A stretch of 64,000 nucleotides of DNA, taken from positions 44,702,001 through 44,766,000 of the forward strand of contig OZ024746.1 in NCBI GenBank assembly GCA_964016885.1, given 5' to 3'. Position numbers and translations under genes: made by a program. The notes beneath the pieces are model-generated. The model was given only the letters and a program-made list of their open reading frames with translations. It was not told the origin of the DNA and did no database searches. Source of the stretch: Eledone cirrhosa (taxonomy: Eukaryota). Of this stretch, positions 27,237-41,989 are shown in pieces. Within the stretch, counting starts at the first letter, position 1; every line of letters begins with the position of its first letter.

Positions 27237-27299
27237 TACCTACACATTAGACTCATGAAGAGAAGGGAACGTCACTTACAAGTTTATAAACATTAATAA

Positions 27300-27482
27300 T
27301 TGGATTGGCAGTATCGGTAGAGGGTCGAACGCCATGCTTTCCAGCATAGTTACGTCCCTTTACGATCTGAGTTCAAATCCCGCCGAGGTTGACTTTGCCT
27401 TTCATCCTTACGGGGTCGATAAAATAAAGTACCAGTAATGCACTGGGTAATTGCTGGCCTTGTGCCTAAAGTAGAAACAATT
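27300..27482 (+). mobile_element. tRNA-derived SINE
   Basis: Nearly identical to the other copies. Confidence 0.9.
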
Positions 27483-29173
27483 AATAATTTCTTACTAAAA
27501 ATGAGCTTCATGAATAAAATAATGATGCAATTTAAAACAATCCCGATTTCAGTCCATAATGAAACAGGTTGAAATATTTAATGGCAACTTTTAAAATCTA
27601 CACACATTTAATAATAAATTAGATATTCAAATTCTCACCTATTATACACACAATGTTTTATCTTCTGACTGCGGTGTTCTACTTTGTGCAAACACATTAT
27701 AGTAAATGTTGCGCTGATATCTACTACAAAATGTTGCTTAAATTGACTTCTGACTCACTTCTATTTCATAAACGAATCAGACAAGAATATCGATACAGCT
27801 TAAGGGAATAAATATATGTACTTTCTTTCACTCGTTTTGCAGTGAAGCCATCTTATTTTAACCTTTGACCGTTTGATTGATCATTAAAAATAAACATCTC
27901 ATAGATTCAATTGATTTAATACATAAAACTTTGTCTATATTTAAAATACTTTTGATATTCTAAAATGAAGTTGTATTGAGTTGATTTCTAAACCCAACGA
28001 AAGCTACTGACATTTAACCCCTGAAAGCGTTTTTGGAGAATAGAAACGTTTTCAATATTCTTGCAAACAGAATAGAAATGCTATATTTAGTATCTTAAAA
28101 CTTTCATGTTTTCGCAATTTTGTTGCGTGCAAGCATTACTTATATTTATAAAACTTAAATACATTTAAATATGTTTAAATAGGTTGAATATATTATTTGA
28201 CTGGAATAAAAATCTTCATGTAGTTATGGAAACTACTAGATAAACATAAGCGATTTGAATCAAATCATTCTTATATTTTTTAATCATCCCCATAATTATT
28301 TTTTCTAAGCTTAAATTTATAGCAGAACAAGCGAGAGTATAGAAATTGAATGAAAATATCTGTTTACTCAATGATTATTAGCTAAGTAATAGTTGTTAAC
28401 AGTTGAACAACACTATTAATTAGCGATCTATATATTGATATACACAGAAATTACAATTTCTGAGAATTGCATTATCTTACACCAACATCCTTTAATAAGA
28501 ATATTTATTTCTGATTCGAGGAACTCTTCAATAGAGTTTTATCTAATTCAGCAAGTAATGACAAAGATACTAATGTATGGACTACGAAATATACATGCTA
28601 TTTTAGATTTGAGTGCTGTATTTCAATTGAGAGCTAAAAGCTTAGAGGTCAAATATATATTTTTTTAATAAGAATATAACTTTTTAAATGCATATTTAGT
28701 CAAATAATGATGCACACTTAGTCAAATAAAATATATAAATACAAACATATTTCAGATGTTCTCGGTAATAAAATGGACATTTTGCACCCAAAACATTAAT
28801 CTTTCAAATAAATAATATAATCATGAATATAATTTAAAGAGACTAAAAAGCAAAACAAGTGAAAACATTATTTTTATGGGAGGTATATTTGAGAATACTG
28901 AATTAAGCGTGAAAAAGATAGCGGCCAGCTAGCTACACATGACTGTTTCAAACGATCGAGTAACGTTATTTGTATTGCGATATGAAAATAGGGTATTCAG
29001 AAAGAAATATTGAATCAATAATAAAGCAATTAATTGGTCTGCCAGTTTGTAATGGGATAAATAAAACATGTTGAGAGTTTTATCTATATATGTTAAGTAA
29101 ATGTTATAGTCATATAGACAGAGACACGCAGACAGTATATGTGTATTTATATAGGCGTGTCTATATATTAATG

Positions 29174-29406
<233 letters not shown>

Positions 29407-29600
29407 GATAAATCTACCAAGAGTTTACGGTAGTGTCCAATCCGTATGAAGAACTCAATGTAATCCGGATATCATGGAAAGAAGAGATGCAATGAAAAAT
29501 CACTTTCGGTGAAAGATAAACGGAATACAGAGTCAAGATATAATATTAAAAAAATAATGAATAAAACAATGAAACAGTTCCTTATATTAAACAAAAAAAG

Positions 29601-29755
29601 TTCATTATTTAACGATCGTTTCTAGGATATATATGTGTTAGAATTGGCATGCATATTCAACAGATCTATGTACAAAATTATACAAAATTATACAAACTAT
29701 CAAAATTAAATATACATACCCAACACATATATATGCCGTCTTCAGAAATAATGAA
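29601..29755 (-). ncRNA. Type I hammerhead ribozyme (left arm)
   Basis: Reverse complement of 38637-38791. Confidence 0.8.
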
Positions 29756-30361
29756 ATATATTTATTGATAATAACAACAATTCAAAATTTCAGGTCCGTT
29801 TGGGAACAGAGTTCAAATTGACCAATGAGAATACAAACAATTTTATGCAGTTTGGTGTGTGTATATACATGTAATTAACTTCGTACACATATTTACATAA
29901 AGATATATGTTCACATGCATACGCATGCCAAAAAGATGTATGCAAATACAAAAATTCAAGGCTAATGTCTCTGTAAGTCTATAATCCACAGATAAAATGC
30001 GTATAGACACATAAATATGAAATAAATGTATACACACATTCATATACTCACACATATTCGTACACTCACACACACACGCGCGTATATGCATAAACATACA
30101 CATAACTACGAACATACATACACACACACACCCCCACACACATATATATGTGCATATAGTATTATCATAAGCATATGGACATTAATGCACGCACATAAAC
30201 ACTGCCACACATATTTAGATCAGGATACAGAAATTAGGTGGGAGGGGGGGAGAGGTCAGTATTCAACGGTTTCGGCAGACTGCCTATTTATAGATGTATC
30301 TATAAACTTAGAAATAAAAAGAAAAGAAAAAGAAAAAAGAAAAAAGAAATATATCAAGAAA

Positions 30362-30392
<31 letters not shown>

Positions 30393-30874
30393 CACACATA
30401 CACACACACACACACACACATATATATACATATACATATATATATACACATATATAAACACATACATATATATATACACATACATATACACATATATACA
30501 CACACACATATACACACACATATATATATATATATACACACATATACATACACACACATATATATATATAAACAAGTAAAATATAAAGTATATATCGATA
30601 TACATACATATAGACATATAAATAAATACACACGCATACACACACATACATATACATACATATACATACACATATATATAAACACATACATACACATACA
30701 TATACATACACATACCATATAAATACACATACACATACATAGACGCATACATATAGAGACACATACATATACACATATAAATACATAGACACATACACAC
30801 ATAAACACATATATATATATTTTTTTTTTTACACACATATACACATACACGCATACATATATATATATATACAC

Positions 30875-30927
<53 letters not shown>

Positions 30928-30987
30928 TATATACACTCACAACACTCGTATATATATACACACTCATACATATACACACATATACAT

Positions 30988-31048
<61 letters not shown>

Positions 31049-31193
31049 CATATATATACAGTCACACCTACATACATATATATATATAAATACACTCATA
31101 TATATACACACATACACATACATACCCACATATAAATATATATATATATATATATAAATATATATATATATACACACATACACACATACACAT

Positions 31194-31258
<65 letters not shown>

Positions 31259-31722
31259 TACATACACATACATACACATATACACACATACATATATATT
31301 CACACACACACACCTACACATACAAACACATACACATATATAAAGATATATATATACACACACACACAAACATATAATAAATATATATATATATATATAT
31401 ATACATATATATACATATACATATACATACATACATACATACATATACATACATATATATACACACATATACATACACACATACACACATACATACATAC
31501 ACACACACATACATACACACACATACATACTCATACATAGACATAGATATATACTCACACACACATACGCACTTACATATACGCATATATACAAATACAT
31601 ACACATCCATATATGCGTATATACATACAAACACCACTACACGCTCACACAACTCAGACATACAAAGAAAAAGGTATATACATATACATATATACACATA
31701 TAAATAGAGATACATATACACA

Positions 31723-31754
<32 letters not shown>

Positions 31755-31791
31755 CCCACACACACGTACAACTATAAACACACATACAAAC

Positions 31792-31826
<35 letters not shown>

Positions 31827-31839
31827 CACACACACAAAG

Positions 31840-31914
<75 letters not shown>

Positions 31915-32185
31915 TATACATACATACACATACACACACACACATATATAGACATGCACACACATACATACATACATACATACACATACACATACATATA
32001 TATAAAAAAAAAAAAAAATTAATACACACAGTCAGACAAATATGCACACACATACATATACATATATGTATATATATATATACACACACACACATACACA
32101 CACACACATACATATATATACACACATACATACACACACACATATATATATACATACATATACACACATCAACTACAAATATACA

Positions 32186-32218
<33 letters not shown>

Positions 32219-32528
32219 TATACATATTTTCACATATATATATATATACATATATTATATTATAATAATAAATAATATATATATATATATATACATATAT
32301 AGACATACATATATATACACACACACACACTCACATATATATGCGCACATACGTACACATATACACATACACACATATACACATAGACATATACATGTGC
32401 ATACATGTACATACGCACATATACCCACATAGATACAAAGATACACATATATATAGAGAGACATACATATACATACACATATATACACACACATACATAC
32501 ACACGTACATATATATACATACACGTAT

Positions 32529-32605
<77 letters not shown>

Positions 32606-33813
32606 TATACACACAATCATACACCCTTATTTGCATGCGCATATATGTATTTTTATACTTACAAATAAACACCCAAACATATATACACCTACCTACATAT
32701 ACATACATACATACACGCTTACAAATACAAATAATAATAGTAGGGGGGGAAAGGGTGGGGGGAGAAGGGGATTATAGTAAATATATGTTTCAAGAAACAT
32801 AGAATATTAATCTGTATTTGGATCTCAATATGTGTTTACATAGTTTCAGTATTAGGAAATGCAAGAAAGAAGGCAAAATTATGCATTTCAATATAAGTAT
32901 ACCATTAATTATAGGTTAACTAAACTAAAGATAGTTAATATATTGATTTCTAAGGTGTAAATTACTTAGGTTTATAATATTTGAAGCAGAATTTTGAAGT
33001 TAAATAGTAGTAGAGTATTAATTATAGTATAACTAAATTAAAATTATTAACGTTATGGTATCAATTTTAGGAAATGAATTTAGTAATAGGGAAAAAACAA
33101 ATAAAGTATTACATCGGTAGTAGAATATAAATTATAGGTTAACTAAATTAAAAATTATATATTAATTTCTATAGTATATGTTAATTAGGTATATAATAAA
33201 TAAAACAGATATTGTATTTTATCAATAGTAGAATATAATTATATGTAAACAGAAATTAAAATTAATACATACACATATACATATACATACATATATATAT
33301 ACACATATGTATACATACATACACATACACATATATACATACATATACATATTTTTTCAAAAATTGCAAAGAATATATTAACTATGTATACATCCAAAAC
33401 CCATCCCATTCTATGATTACATGACACTCTGCAATCCGTCTGTATTAGGATACTAATTTTAAGCCAATTAAATTAAATTTTTAGGTTGACCAAATTTAAA
33501 ACCAAATTATAAATATATTTCTAAAATGTATATTAATTAGGTCTATAATACTAAAAATTATTTCTCTGTCATTGAATACACGATATTTTGTTATATTTTA
33601 TCCGTAAAGGAATTTTAATAAAGGGTTAAATAAATTAAAATTAATCTATAAATTAAATTACTAAGTATATATTAGTAATATTTAAAGGTTTTTCACAATT
33701 TATGATTACACAATATTTTATATTCTCATCTGTAGTAGAATTTTAATTAAATTAAATTTATAGGTTAACTAACATTTAAATTAAATTATATATTAATTTC
33801 TAAAATAATGTTA

Positions 33814-35334
33814 TTAATTAGGTTTATAATATTTAAATGTTTTTTTTAGTTTATGATTACACGATATAATTAATTCCTGTCGTTTATTTAATAGGATATC
33901 CTTAGATTTCATTATTTCAAATAGTTCTTGGGAACATAATCTACATTCATTTCTATTATTTTGATAAGGGGTGGCTCTTTTGAGCACACTCCAGGTCAAA
34001 TCATATTCTATATTCTTATTTTTATAACTATTGATTTTTTCTGCTAGAGATGTTGTATTAGCCAGTGCGGCATTTTTAAAACTATGTTTGTGGGTATTAA
34101 ACCTTGTCTTAAAATTGTTAGAAGTAGCTCCTATATATGAGCAAATAGAATCTTTAGTTTTAACATTACATTTATAAACTATGTTGTTAACAAGACAATT
34201 TCCTTTTAATGGGCAGTTTGCTTTGTTTCTACAGTTACAACCTTTCGTTAATTCTGTATTTGAGGAGATATTATGGTTAGTTTGATGTATTGGTGGTATA
34301 CTTATGGTTTTCTTACATTTATATGCATTATAGGCACTTATATTTTGTTTTATGTTATTTGTTGTTGAGTATGAGAATTTAACTGTAGACCTATTTAAGA
34401 TTTGATGGTATTTGTGGTTTGGCGGGAAGTTTTTCTCTAGGATATAAAAAAATTTTTTAGCAATATTATCCTTAATTTGTAAATTAAATGGAGCATTATA
34501 CCAAGTAACCCGTCTATTACGGTTTCTATGTTGTTTATTATTTTTATTATTTTTATAGGTTGTATCGTGATGTTTACTAGGAGGATTAATGTTAATGATC
34601 TCACCACAACCATTTTTAGTTATATTTGTAGATTTAGGTGTTTTATCTTTTTTATTAGGAGTTTTATTATTAATATTTATTAGAGTTGTATGATGAGTAG
34701 TTTTTTGAGAGTTACTATATTTTATATTAGAAGATTTGGTATTTTGGGGTATAGTGTGGGTGGCATTTAGGTGTGTACTTTTCATTTGGTGTTTGTTGGT
34801 AATATTAGGTTGTATGTTTTTAGTATTTTTAGTAGAAGGTATATATTCTAATCTATTTTTGTGGCCACTTCTATCTAGAGCTTCGTTATAGAAGGTCGCA
34901 TTTTTATCAAATACATCTTGGTTAGAAGAAAGGTTAGAAATTCTAAGTGATATATTATATGCAAGGTTTTTAAGGATAGATTTAGGGTGATTAGATTGTG
35001 AGTGTATGTAATGTAAGTTTTGGTTGGGTTTATGGTAAGGTTGGTAGATACCCGTAGCTAAGTCTAAAGTTATATCTAGGAAATTTACTACTTTACTTGT
35101 TTTTTCAAAAGTAATATGAAGACTATAATAGTCTTTAAGGAAAGTTCTAATATGCTTTTTGTTTTTTTCTATTTCTGAAAGGCTAAGGTTGTTGGAAAGA
35201 AGAAGACAGTCATCACGATATAAACCACCTGTAAGGTGGGGAAAGGAGGCATTTATGTTGAAAAGGGGAAAGAGGCCCACAAGATCAGTAATTTGGGCGG
35301 AATCGCTTGAACCCATAGTAATATCAAAATTCAT
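33814..35334 (-). CDS. 5'-truncated PLE polyprotein: RT palm/thumb, long linker, CxC-X5-C-X5-C, GIY-YIG endonuclease (Hydra-clade-like)
   Basis: 506 codons with no stop: FDITMGSSDSAQITDLVG, GLYRDD, VNFLDITLDL, WYNAPF, GCNCRNKANCPLKGNCL, IVY..YIG, HKH, CRLC, CNH. The ATG comes from the inverted-arm junction, so the RT N-terminus is missing. Confidence 0.93.
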   Translation of the reverse strand: MNFDITMGSSDSAQITDLVGLFPLFNINASFPHLTGGLYRDDCLLLSNNLSLSEIEKNKKHIRTFLKDYYSLHITFEKTSKVVNFLDITLDLATGIYQPYHKPNQNLHYIHSQSNHPKSILKNLAYNISLRISNLSSNQDVFDKNATFYNEALDRSGHKNRLEYIPSTKNTKNIQPNITNKHQMKSTHLNATHTIPQNTKSSNIKYSNSQKTTHHTTLININNKTPNKKDKTPKSTNITKNGCGEIININPPSKHHDTTYKNNKNNKQHRNRNRRVTWYNAPFNLQIKDNIAKKFFYILEKNFPPNHKYHQILNRSTVKFSYSTTNNIKQNISAYNAYKCKKTISIPPIHQTNHNISSNTELTKGCNCRNKANCPLKGNCLVNNIVYKCNVKTKDSICSYIGATSNNFKTRFNTHKHSFKNAALANTTSLAEKINSYKNKNIEYDLTWSVLKRATPYQNNRNECRLCSQELFEIMKSKDILLNKRQELIISCNHKLKKTFKYYKPN

Positions 35335-35806
35335 TTCCTAAAATTGATACCATAACGTTAATAATTTTAATTTAGTTATACTATAATTAATACTCTACTA
35401 CTATTTAACTTCAAAATTCTGCTTCAAATATTATAAACCTAAGTAATTTACACCTTAGAAATCAATATATTAACTATCTTTAGTTTAGTTAACCTATAAT
35501 TAATGGTATACTTATATTGAAATGCATAATTTTGCCTTCTTTCTTGCATTTCCTAATACTGAAACTATGTAAACACATATTGAGATCCAAATACAGATTA
35601 ATATTCTATGTTTCTTGAAACATATATTTACTATAATCCCCTTCTCCCCCCCCCCCCCCTTTCCCCCCCTACTATTATTATTTGTATTTGTAAGCGTGTA
35701 TGTATGTATGTATATGTAGGTAGGTGTATATATGTTTGGGTGTTTATTTGTAAGTATAAAAATACATATATGCGCATGCAAATAAGGGTGTATGATTGTG
35801 TTTATA

Positions 35807-35871
<65 letters not shown>

Positions 35872-36183
35872 ATACGTGTATGTATATATATGTATGTGTG
35901 TATGTATGTGTGTGTATATATGTGTATGTATATGTATGTCTCTCTATATATATGTGTATCTTTGTATCTATGTGGGTATATGTGTGTATGTACATGTATG
36001 CACATGTATATGTCTATGTGTATATGTGTGTATGTGTATATGTGTACGTATGTGCGCATATATATGTGAGTGTGTGTGTGTGTATATATATGTATGTCTA
36101 TATATGTCTATATATATATATATATATTATTTATTATTATAATATAATATATGTATATATATATATATGTGAAAATATGTATA

Positions 36184-36216
<33 letters not shown>

Positions 36217-36483
36217 TGTATATTTGTAGTTGATGTGTGTATATGTATGTATATATATGTGTGTGTGTATGTATGTGTGTATATATATGTATGTGTGTGT
36301 GTGTATGTGTGTGTGTGTATATATATATATACATATATGTATATGTATGTGTGTGCATATTTGTCTGACTGTGTGTATTAATTTTTTTTTTTTTTTATAT
36401 ATATGTATGTGTATGTGTATGTATGTATGTATGTATGTGTGTGCATGTCTATATATGTGTGTGTGTATGTGTATGTATGTATA

Positions 36484-36531
<48 letters not shown>

Positions 36532-36565
36532 GATATATATATGTATGTGTGTCTTTGTGTGTGTG

Positions 36566-36596
<31 letters not shown>

Positions 36597-36633
36597 GTTT
36601 GTATGTGTGTTTATGGTTGTACGTGTGTGTGGG

Positions 36634-36669
<36 letters not shown>

Positions 36670-37131
36670 TATGTGTATATGTATCTCTATTTATATGTGT
36701 ATATATGTATATGTATATACCTTTTTCTTTGTATGTCTGAGTTGTGTGAGCGTGTAGTGGTGTTTGTATGTATATACGCATATATGGATATGTATGTATT
36801 TGTATATATGCGTATATGTAAGTGCGTATGTGTGTGTGAGTATATATCTATGTCTATGTATGAGTATGTATGTGTGTGTATGTATGTGTGTGTGTATGTA
36901 TGTGTGTATGTGTGTATGTATATGTGTGTATATATATGTATGTATATGTATGTATGTATGTATATATGTATGTATATGTATATATATGTATATATATATA
37001 TATATATATATTTATTATATGTGTGTGTGTGTGTGTATATATATATCTTTATATATGTGTATGTGTTTGTATGTGTAGGTGTGTGTGTGTGAATATATAT
37101 GTATGTGTGTATATGTGTATGTATGTGTATG

Positions 37132-37184
<53 letters not shown>

Positions 37185-37327
37185 ATGTGTATGTGTGTAT
37201 GTGTGTATATATATATATATTTATATATATATATATATATTTATATGTGGGTATGTATGTGTATGTGTGTATATATATGAGTGTATTTATATATATATAT
37301 GTATGTAGGTGTGACTGTATATATATG

Positions 37328-37384
<57 letters not shown>

Positions 37385-37444
37385 ATGTATATGTGTGTAT
37401 ATGTATGAGTGTGTATATATATACGAGTGTTGTGAGTGTATATA

Positions 37445-37488
<44 letters not shown>

Positions 37489-37836
37489 TGTATATATGTG
37501 TATATATATATATATGTATGCGTGTATGTGTATATGTGTGTAAAAAAAAAATATATTTAAATATATATATATATATGTGTTTATGTGTGTATGTGTCTAT
37601 GTATTTATATGTGTATATGTATGTGTCTCTATATGTATGCGTCTATGTATGTGTATGTGTATTTATATGGTATGTGTATGTATATGTATGTGTATGTATG
37701 TGTTTATATATATGTGTATGTATATGTATGTATATGTATGTGTGTGTATGCGTGTGTATTTATTTATATGTCTATATGTATGTATATCGATGTATACTTT
37801 ATATTTTACTTGTTTGTATATATATATGTGTGTGTA

Positions 37837-37867
<31 letters not shown>

Positions 37868-37992
37868 GTGTGTGTATATGTGTGTGTGTATATATGTGTA
37901 TATGTATGTGTATATATATATGTATGTGTGTATATATGTGTATATATATATGTATATGTATATATATGTGTGTGTGTGTGTGTGTATGTGTG

Positions 37993-38032
<40 letters not shown>

Positions 38033-38636
38033 CTTGATATATTTCTTTTTTCTTTTTTCTTTTTCTTTTCTTTTTATTTCTAAGTTTATAGATACATCTA
38101 TAAATAGGCAGTCTGCCGAAACCGTTGAATACTGACCTCTCCCCCCCCTCCCACCTAATTTCTGTATCCTGATCTAAATATGTGTGGCAGTGTTTATGTG
38201 CGTGCATTAATGTCCATATGCTTATGATAATACTATATGCACATATATATGTGTGTGGGGGTGTGTGTGTGTATGTATGTTCGTAGTTATGTGTATGTTT
38301 ATGCATATACGCGCGTGTGTGTTTGAGTGTACGAATATGTGTGAGTATATGAATGTGTGTATACATTTATTTCATATTTATGTGTCTATACGCATTTTAT
38401 CTGTGGATTATAGACTTACAGAGACATTAGCCTTGAATTTTTGTATTTGCATACATCTTTTTGGCATGCGTATGCATGTGAACATATATCTTTATGTAAA
38501 TATGTGTACGAAGTTAATTACATGTATATACACACACCAAACTGCATAAAATTTTTTGTATTCTCATTGGTCAATTTGAACTCTGTTCCCAAACGGACCT
38601 GAAATTTTGAATTGTTGTTATTATCAATAAATATAT

Positions 38637-38791
38637 TTCATTATTTCTGAAGACGGCATATATATGTGTTGGGTATGTATATTTAATTTTGATAGTTTGT
38701 ATAATTTTGTATAATTTTGTACATAGATCTGTTGAATATGCATGCCAATTCTAACACATATATATCCTAGAAACGATCGTTAAATAATGAA
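38637..38791 (+). ncRNA. Type I hammerhead ribozyme (right arm)
   Basis: Stem I TTCATTATTT/AAATAATGAA (10 bp), CTGAAGA core, stem II ATATATATGTGTTGG/CTAACACATATATAT, then GAAAC-GATC-GTT. Confidence 0.8.
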
Positions 38792-38846
38792 CTTTTTTTG
38801 TTTAATATAAGGAACTGTTTCATTGTTTTATTCATTATTTTTTTAA

Positions 38847-38925
<79 letters not shown>

Positions 38926-38971
38926 AAGGATACTATTTATGGTTATGTATATATATATATATATATGTGTG

Positions 38972-39314
38972 TGTAAGCTATCGCCGTATTTTGACTAAAG
39001 AAATTAAAGAAACTATTTAGCCTGATAGTGGGGTTAAGAACCCTCGGAGAATAATTTCAAATCAACTCGCTGTTTAGAAAATATTCTTACTTGACATTAC
39101 AGTCGCTAAGTTTATAGCTTCTAATTTGAATGGAAAAAGACAGGTGATGTGTTGGTGTAAATGGTAATACAGTGGTCCGGATAACCAAAGATGTGAGTTC
39201 GGCTCATGTACGTCAATACTCATCTTTTTTCCATTTCTCCGAGCGTTCTTAATCCCACTATCAGGCTAAATAATTTTTTTTATTTCTTTAGTCAAAATAC
39301 GGCGATAGCTTACA
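38972..39314. mobile_element. MITE-like element with ~80-bp TIRs (TGTAAGC...GCTTACA) and tRNA-like core
   Basis: 38972-39050 is inverted relative to 39236-39314. A related element lies at 41431-41617. Confidence 0.75.
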
Positions 39315-39462
39315 TTTCTAATAATTTCAAACCCACTCGCTGTTCAGAAAATATTCTTACATATATATATGTATATGTATATATATATATATGTATATAT
39401 ATATATTTCGTTTCTGAATTTGTTTAGCAATATTCCTTATCTGAAAACGTGTGTTGAAACCG

Positions 39463-39820
39463 ATATTGTTATACTTTGGGAGGGTCATGTTGCCAATAAG
39501 AAACGCACGCACCAGATGTTTCACTTCAATTTATTATAATAAATTTATAAATTTAGGAACAGCAGTTCATGAACAGCAACATCACAACTTACAATTAAGG
39601 ACAAAATGAAAACACACACGCACATAGAACAAACAACCAACCAGTAACATGTGACGAAAGAACTTTGACAATATATAAACAACCATCTGGTTGTGGAACC
39701 AACCAACCAACCGGAAATTTATAAATTCCTAAATTTATAAATTTATTATAATAAATTGAAGTGAAAGCAACTGGTGCGTGTGTTTCTTATTGGCAACATG
39801 ACGCTCCCAAAGTATAACAA

Positions 39821-39823
<3 letters not shown>
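39463..39823. mobile_element. MITE-like element with ~97-bp TIRs
   Basis: 39463-39559 is inverted relative to 39726-39823. Confidence 0.8.
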
Positions 39824-39856
<33 letters not shown>

Positions 39857-40235
39857 ATGCCTAGCATATAGGAGCGAAAGTGAAACACTCAATGCCGCCG
39901 ATCAAGCTACTTGGAGTAGCAGCTATAGTCTCTCAAGCCACACCTTTCCGTGTCAAAACAGCAAATGATACATAATTCTGGCTTCAATTCATAATATATA
40001 AAACAAAATGATGGTTATCAACAATATTATAATGCATTTCCCGATAGACTTTGGCATCATATAACCAAATGAAGGTGGTATACTCTTCATTAACTGGGAT
40101 CAGAGATAATTTATATGTTAAACTATCTCTCTAACTTTCAGTATATAATCTCTAATATACATATGCCTACACGATAGCGCACACGACACAGACAAAGACA
40201 CACATGCTCACACAGACACAGACACAGACACATGT

Positions 40236-40270
<35 letters not shown>

Positions 40271-40480
40271 ATTTTGTTTGACCCATTTAGCTTGCTTCGT
40301 TTTTTGGCTTAGGTGGTTTATAGTTTCTTAACCGCCATCTCAGTTTGTATGGCCTTTGTAACATATTTATTGCTCTGGTCTCTTTTGGTCCATGGGGCGC
40401 TTGCCAGACAAATCGGAAATTGAGTTTTGCTTATTTCTATCCACCGAAATACAATTCTCGCTGAATTTATATATATATAT

Positions 40481-40546
<66 letters not shown>

Positions 40547-40567
40547 ATATCTATATATATATATATA

Positions 40568-40742
40568 CAGTGTTGGACTCTGTCTAAAAATATTGGTTGC
40601 CAGAAGATGAAGGGGGTCCACTTACATATAGAATGCTAGCATTGGTCCTTAAAATACGACAGTGGGCCCTGCAATGCTACTGTGGGCCCGCTGGGGCCCA
40701 CTTGCCATTGGGCAACCTCGCAACCTGGCCAGTCCGCCACTC
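40568..40742. mobile_element. Short non-autonomous hAT-like element in TA-rich repeat
   Basis: Ends CAGTGTTGGACT / AGTCCGCCACTC. The left part is homologous in reverse to 2190-2258. Confidence 0.6.
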
Positions 40743-40939
40743 TATGTATGTATGTATGTATGTATATATATATATATATATATAATAGTTAAAACAGAAA
40801 ACAAAAAAAAAACAAACAAACCGAAGAGTACAAAGTGTTACAATTTGTTTGTTAAAATAATCAAATTAAATTAATTATATAAGGTTGTTACCAAAGAGCC
40901 AGTTGTTTGACAAGTCGACACTAAATATGACTAATAATT

Positions 40940-41341
40940 CTAGGAAAGCCATGAACGACACCACATCTTTTTAAGTTTGATTTTGAAAGTAGGTTTATAA
41001 TTATTAATTTTCATTACATTTTTCTAGCTGTCTCAGCGGCTTAGTTTGAGAAATCGTAGACGGTGGTGATCCTGGTCGGATGTAGGGCTCTCGTTATACC
41101 TTTTCTGTTTTTTTCTATGGAATGTAAAATAAAAGCTAAAAAAGACTACATGTACCTCTCGACCAGGATTGAACCGAAGAACAGGATCGCCACCGTGTCT
41201 AGTATCTGCCACAGAGCAAACTACGAAAATCCTATGAAAATTCATACTTACAAACCTACTTTCAAAATTTTCAAACCAAAATAGTGTGGGACATTCATAT
41301 TTTTCTTAATGCTATTGCTCCTACGTAAGGGCGACTTCTAA
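40940..41341 (-). mobile_element. Fold-back repeat family B (copy 2)
   Basis: Reverse complement of 1617-2035. Confidence 0.65.
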
Positions 41342-41430
41342 ATCATTTGGGTTTTCCATAAACTTTCTTTCTTTTAGATTTCAGGTATTTTTTGAGTAAG
41401 TATGTTTTGAAACAGTGTTTGAAAATAGAG

Positions 41431-41617
41431 ATAGAAGCTTTCCCCGTATTTTTTACTAAATGACTTTTAGCCCGATAGTGGGGTTTAGAACCCTCCAAGA
41501 AATGGAAAATGATGGGTATTGACGTCGTCAATACTCATCTTTTCCCACATTTCTTAGAGGGTTCTAAACCTCACTACCAGCCTAAATATTTTTCGGTAAT
41601 AATCTGAAGGCTTCTAT
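41431..41617. mobile_element. Imperfect palindrome, core-less derivative of the 38972-39314 family
   Basis: Arms meet at GTATTGACGTCGTCAATAC and share TAGCC.GATAGTGGGGTT.AGAACCCTC. Confidence 0.7.
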
Positions 41618-41669
41618 TTATCTCTCTCTCTCTCTCAGTGTCTCTCTCTCTCTCCCTCTCTCTCTCTCT

Positions 41670-41758
<89 letters not shown>

Positions 41759-41944
41759 AATATATATATATATCATACTCTACTCTGTAATGAGTACCTG
41801 TGGTGATCCGCGATTGAACCTGGGATGCACACACGCATATATATATATATATATATAAATATAATCTGAGTTTTTCGAATATTAATAATAATATTCGCAA
41901 ACCTCAGATTACATTTATTGTATTCAGCCTTGAAGAGCGAAGCT

Positions 41945-41989
<45 letters not shown>

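Noticed and set aside
26951-27296. Poly-Ser and poly-Leu ORFs
   Set aside because: Pure (TTC)n repeat.
33814-35334. Naiad-type (N-terminal EN, selenoprotein) assignment
   Set aside because: The endonuclease is C-terminal to RT and the ORF has no in-frame TGA at cysteine positions.
30256-38135. Many long ORFs rich in YI/CV/HT (up to 440 aa)
   Set aside because: They are translations of TA/CA/TG microsatellite, which lacks stop codons. The same applies to similar ORFs throughout the window.
39436-39470. CTGAAAA-cgtgtgtt-GAAACCGATA hammerhead-like string
   Set aside because: Stems I-III cannot be formed convincingly, and it overlaps a MITE end.
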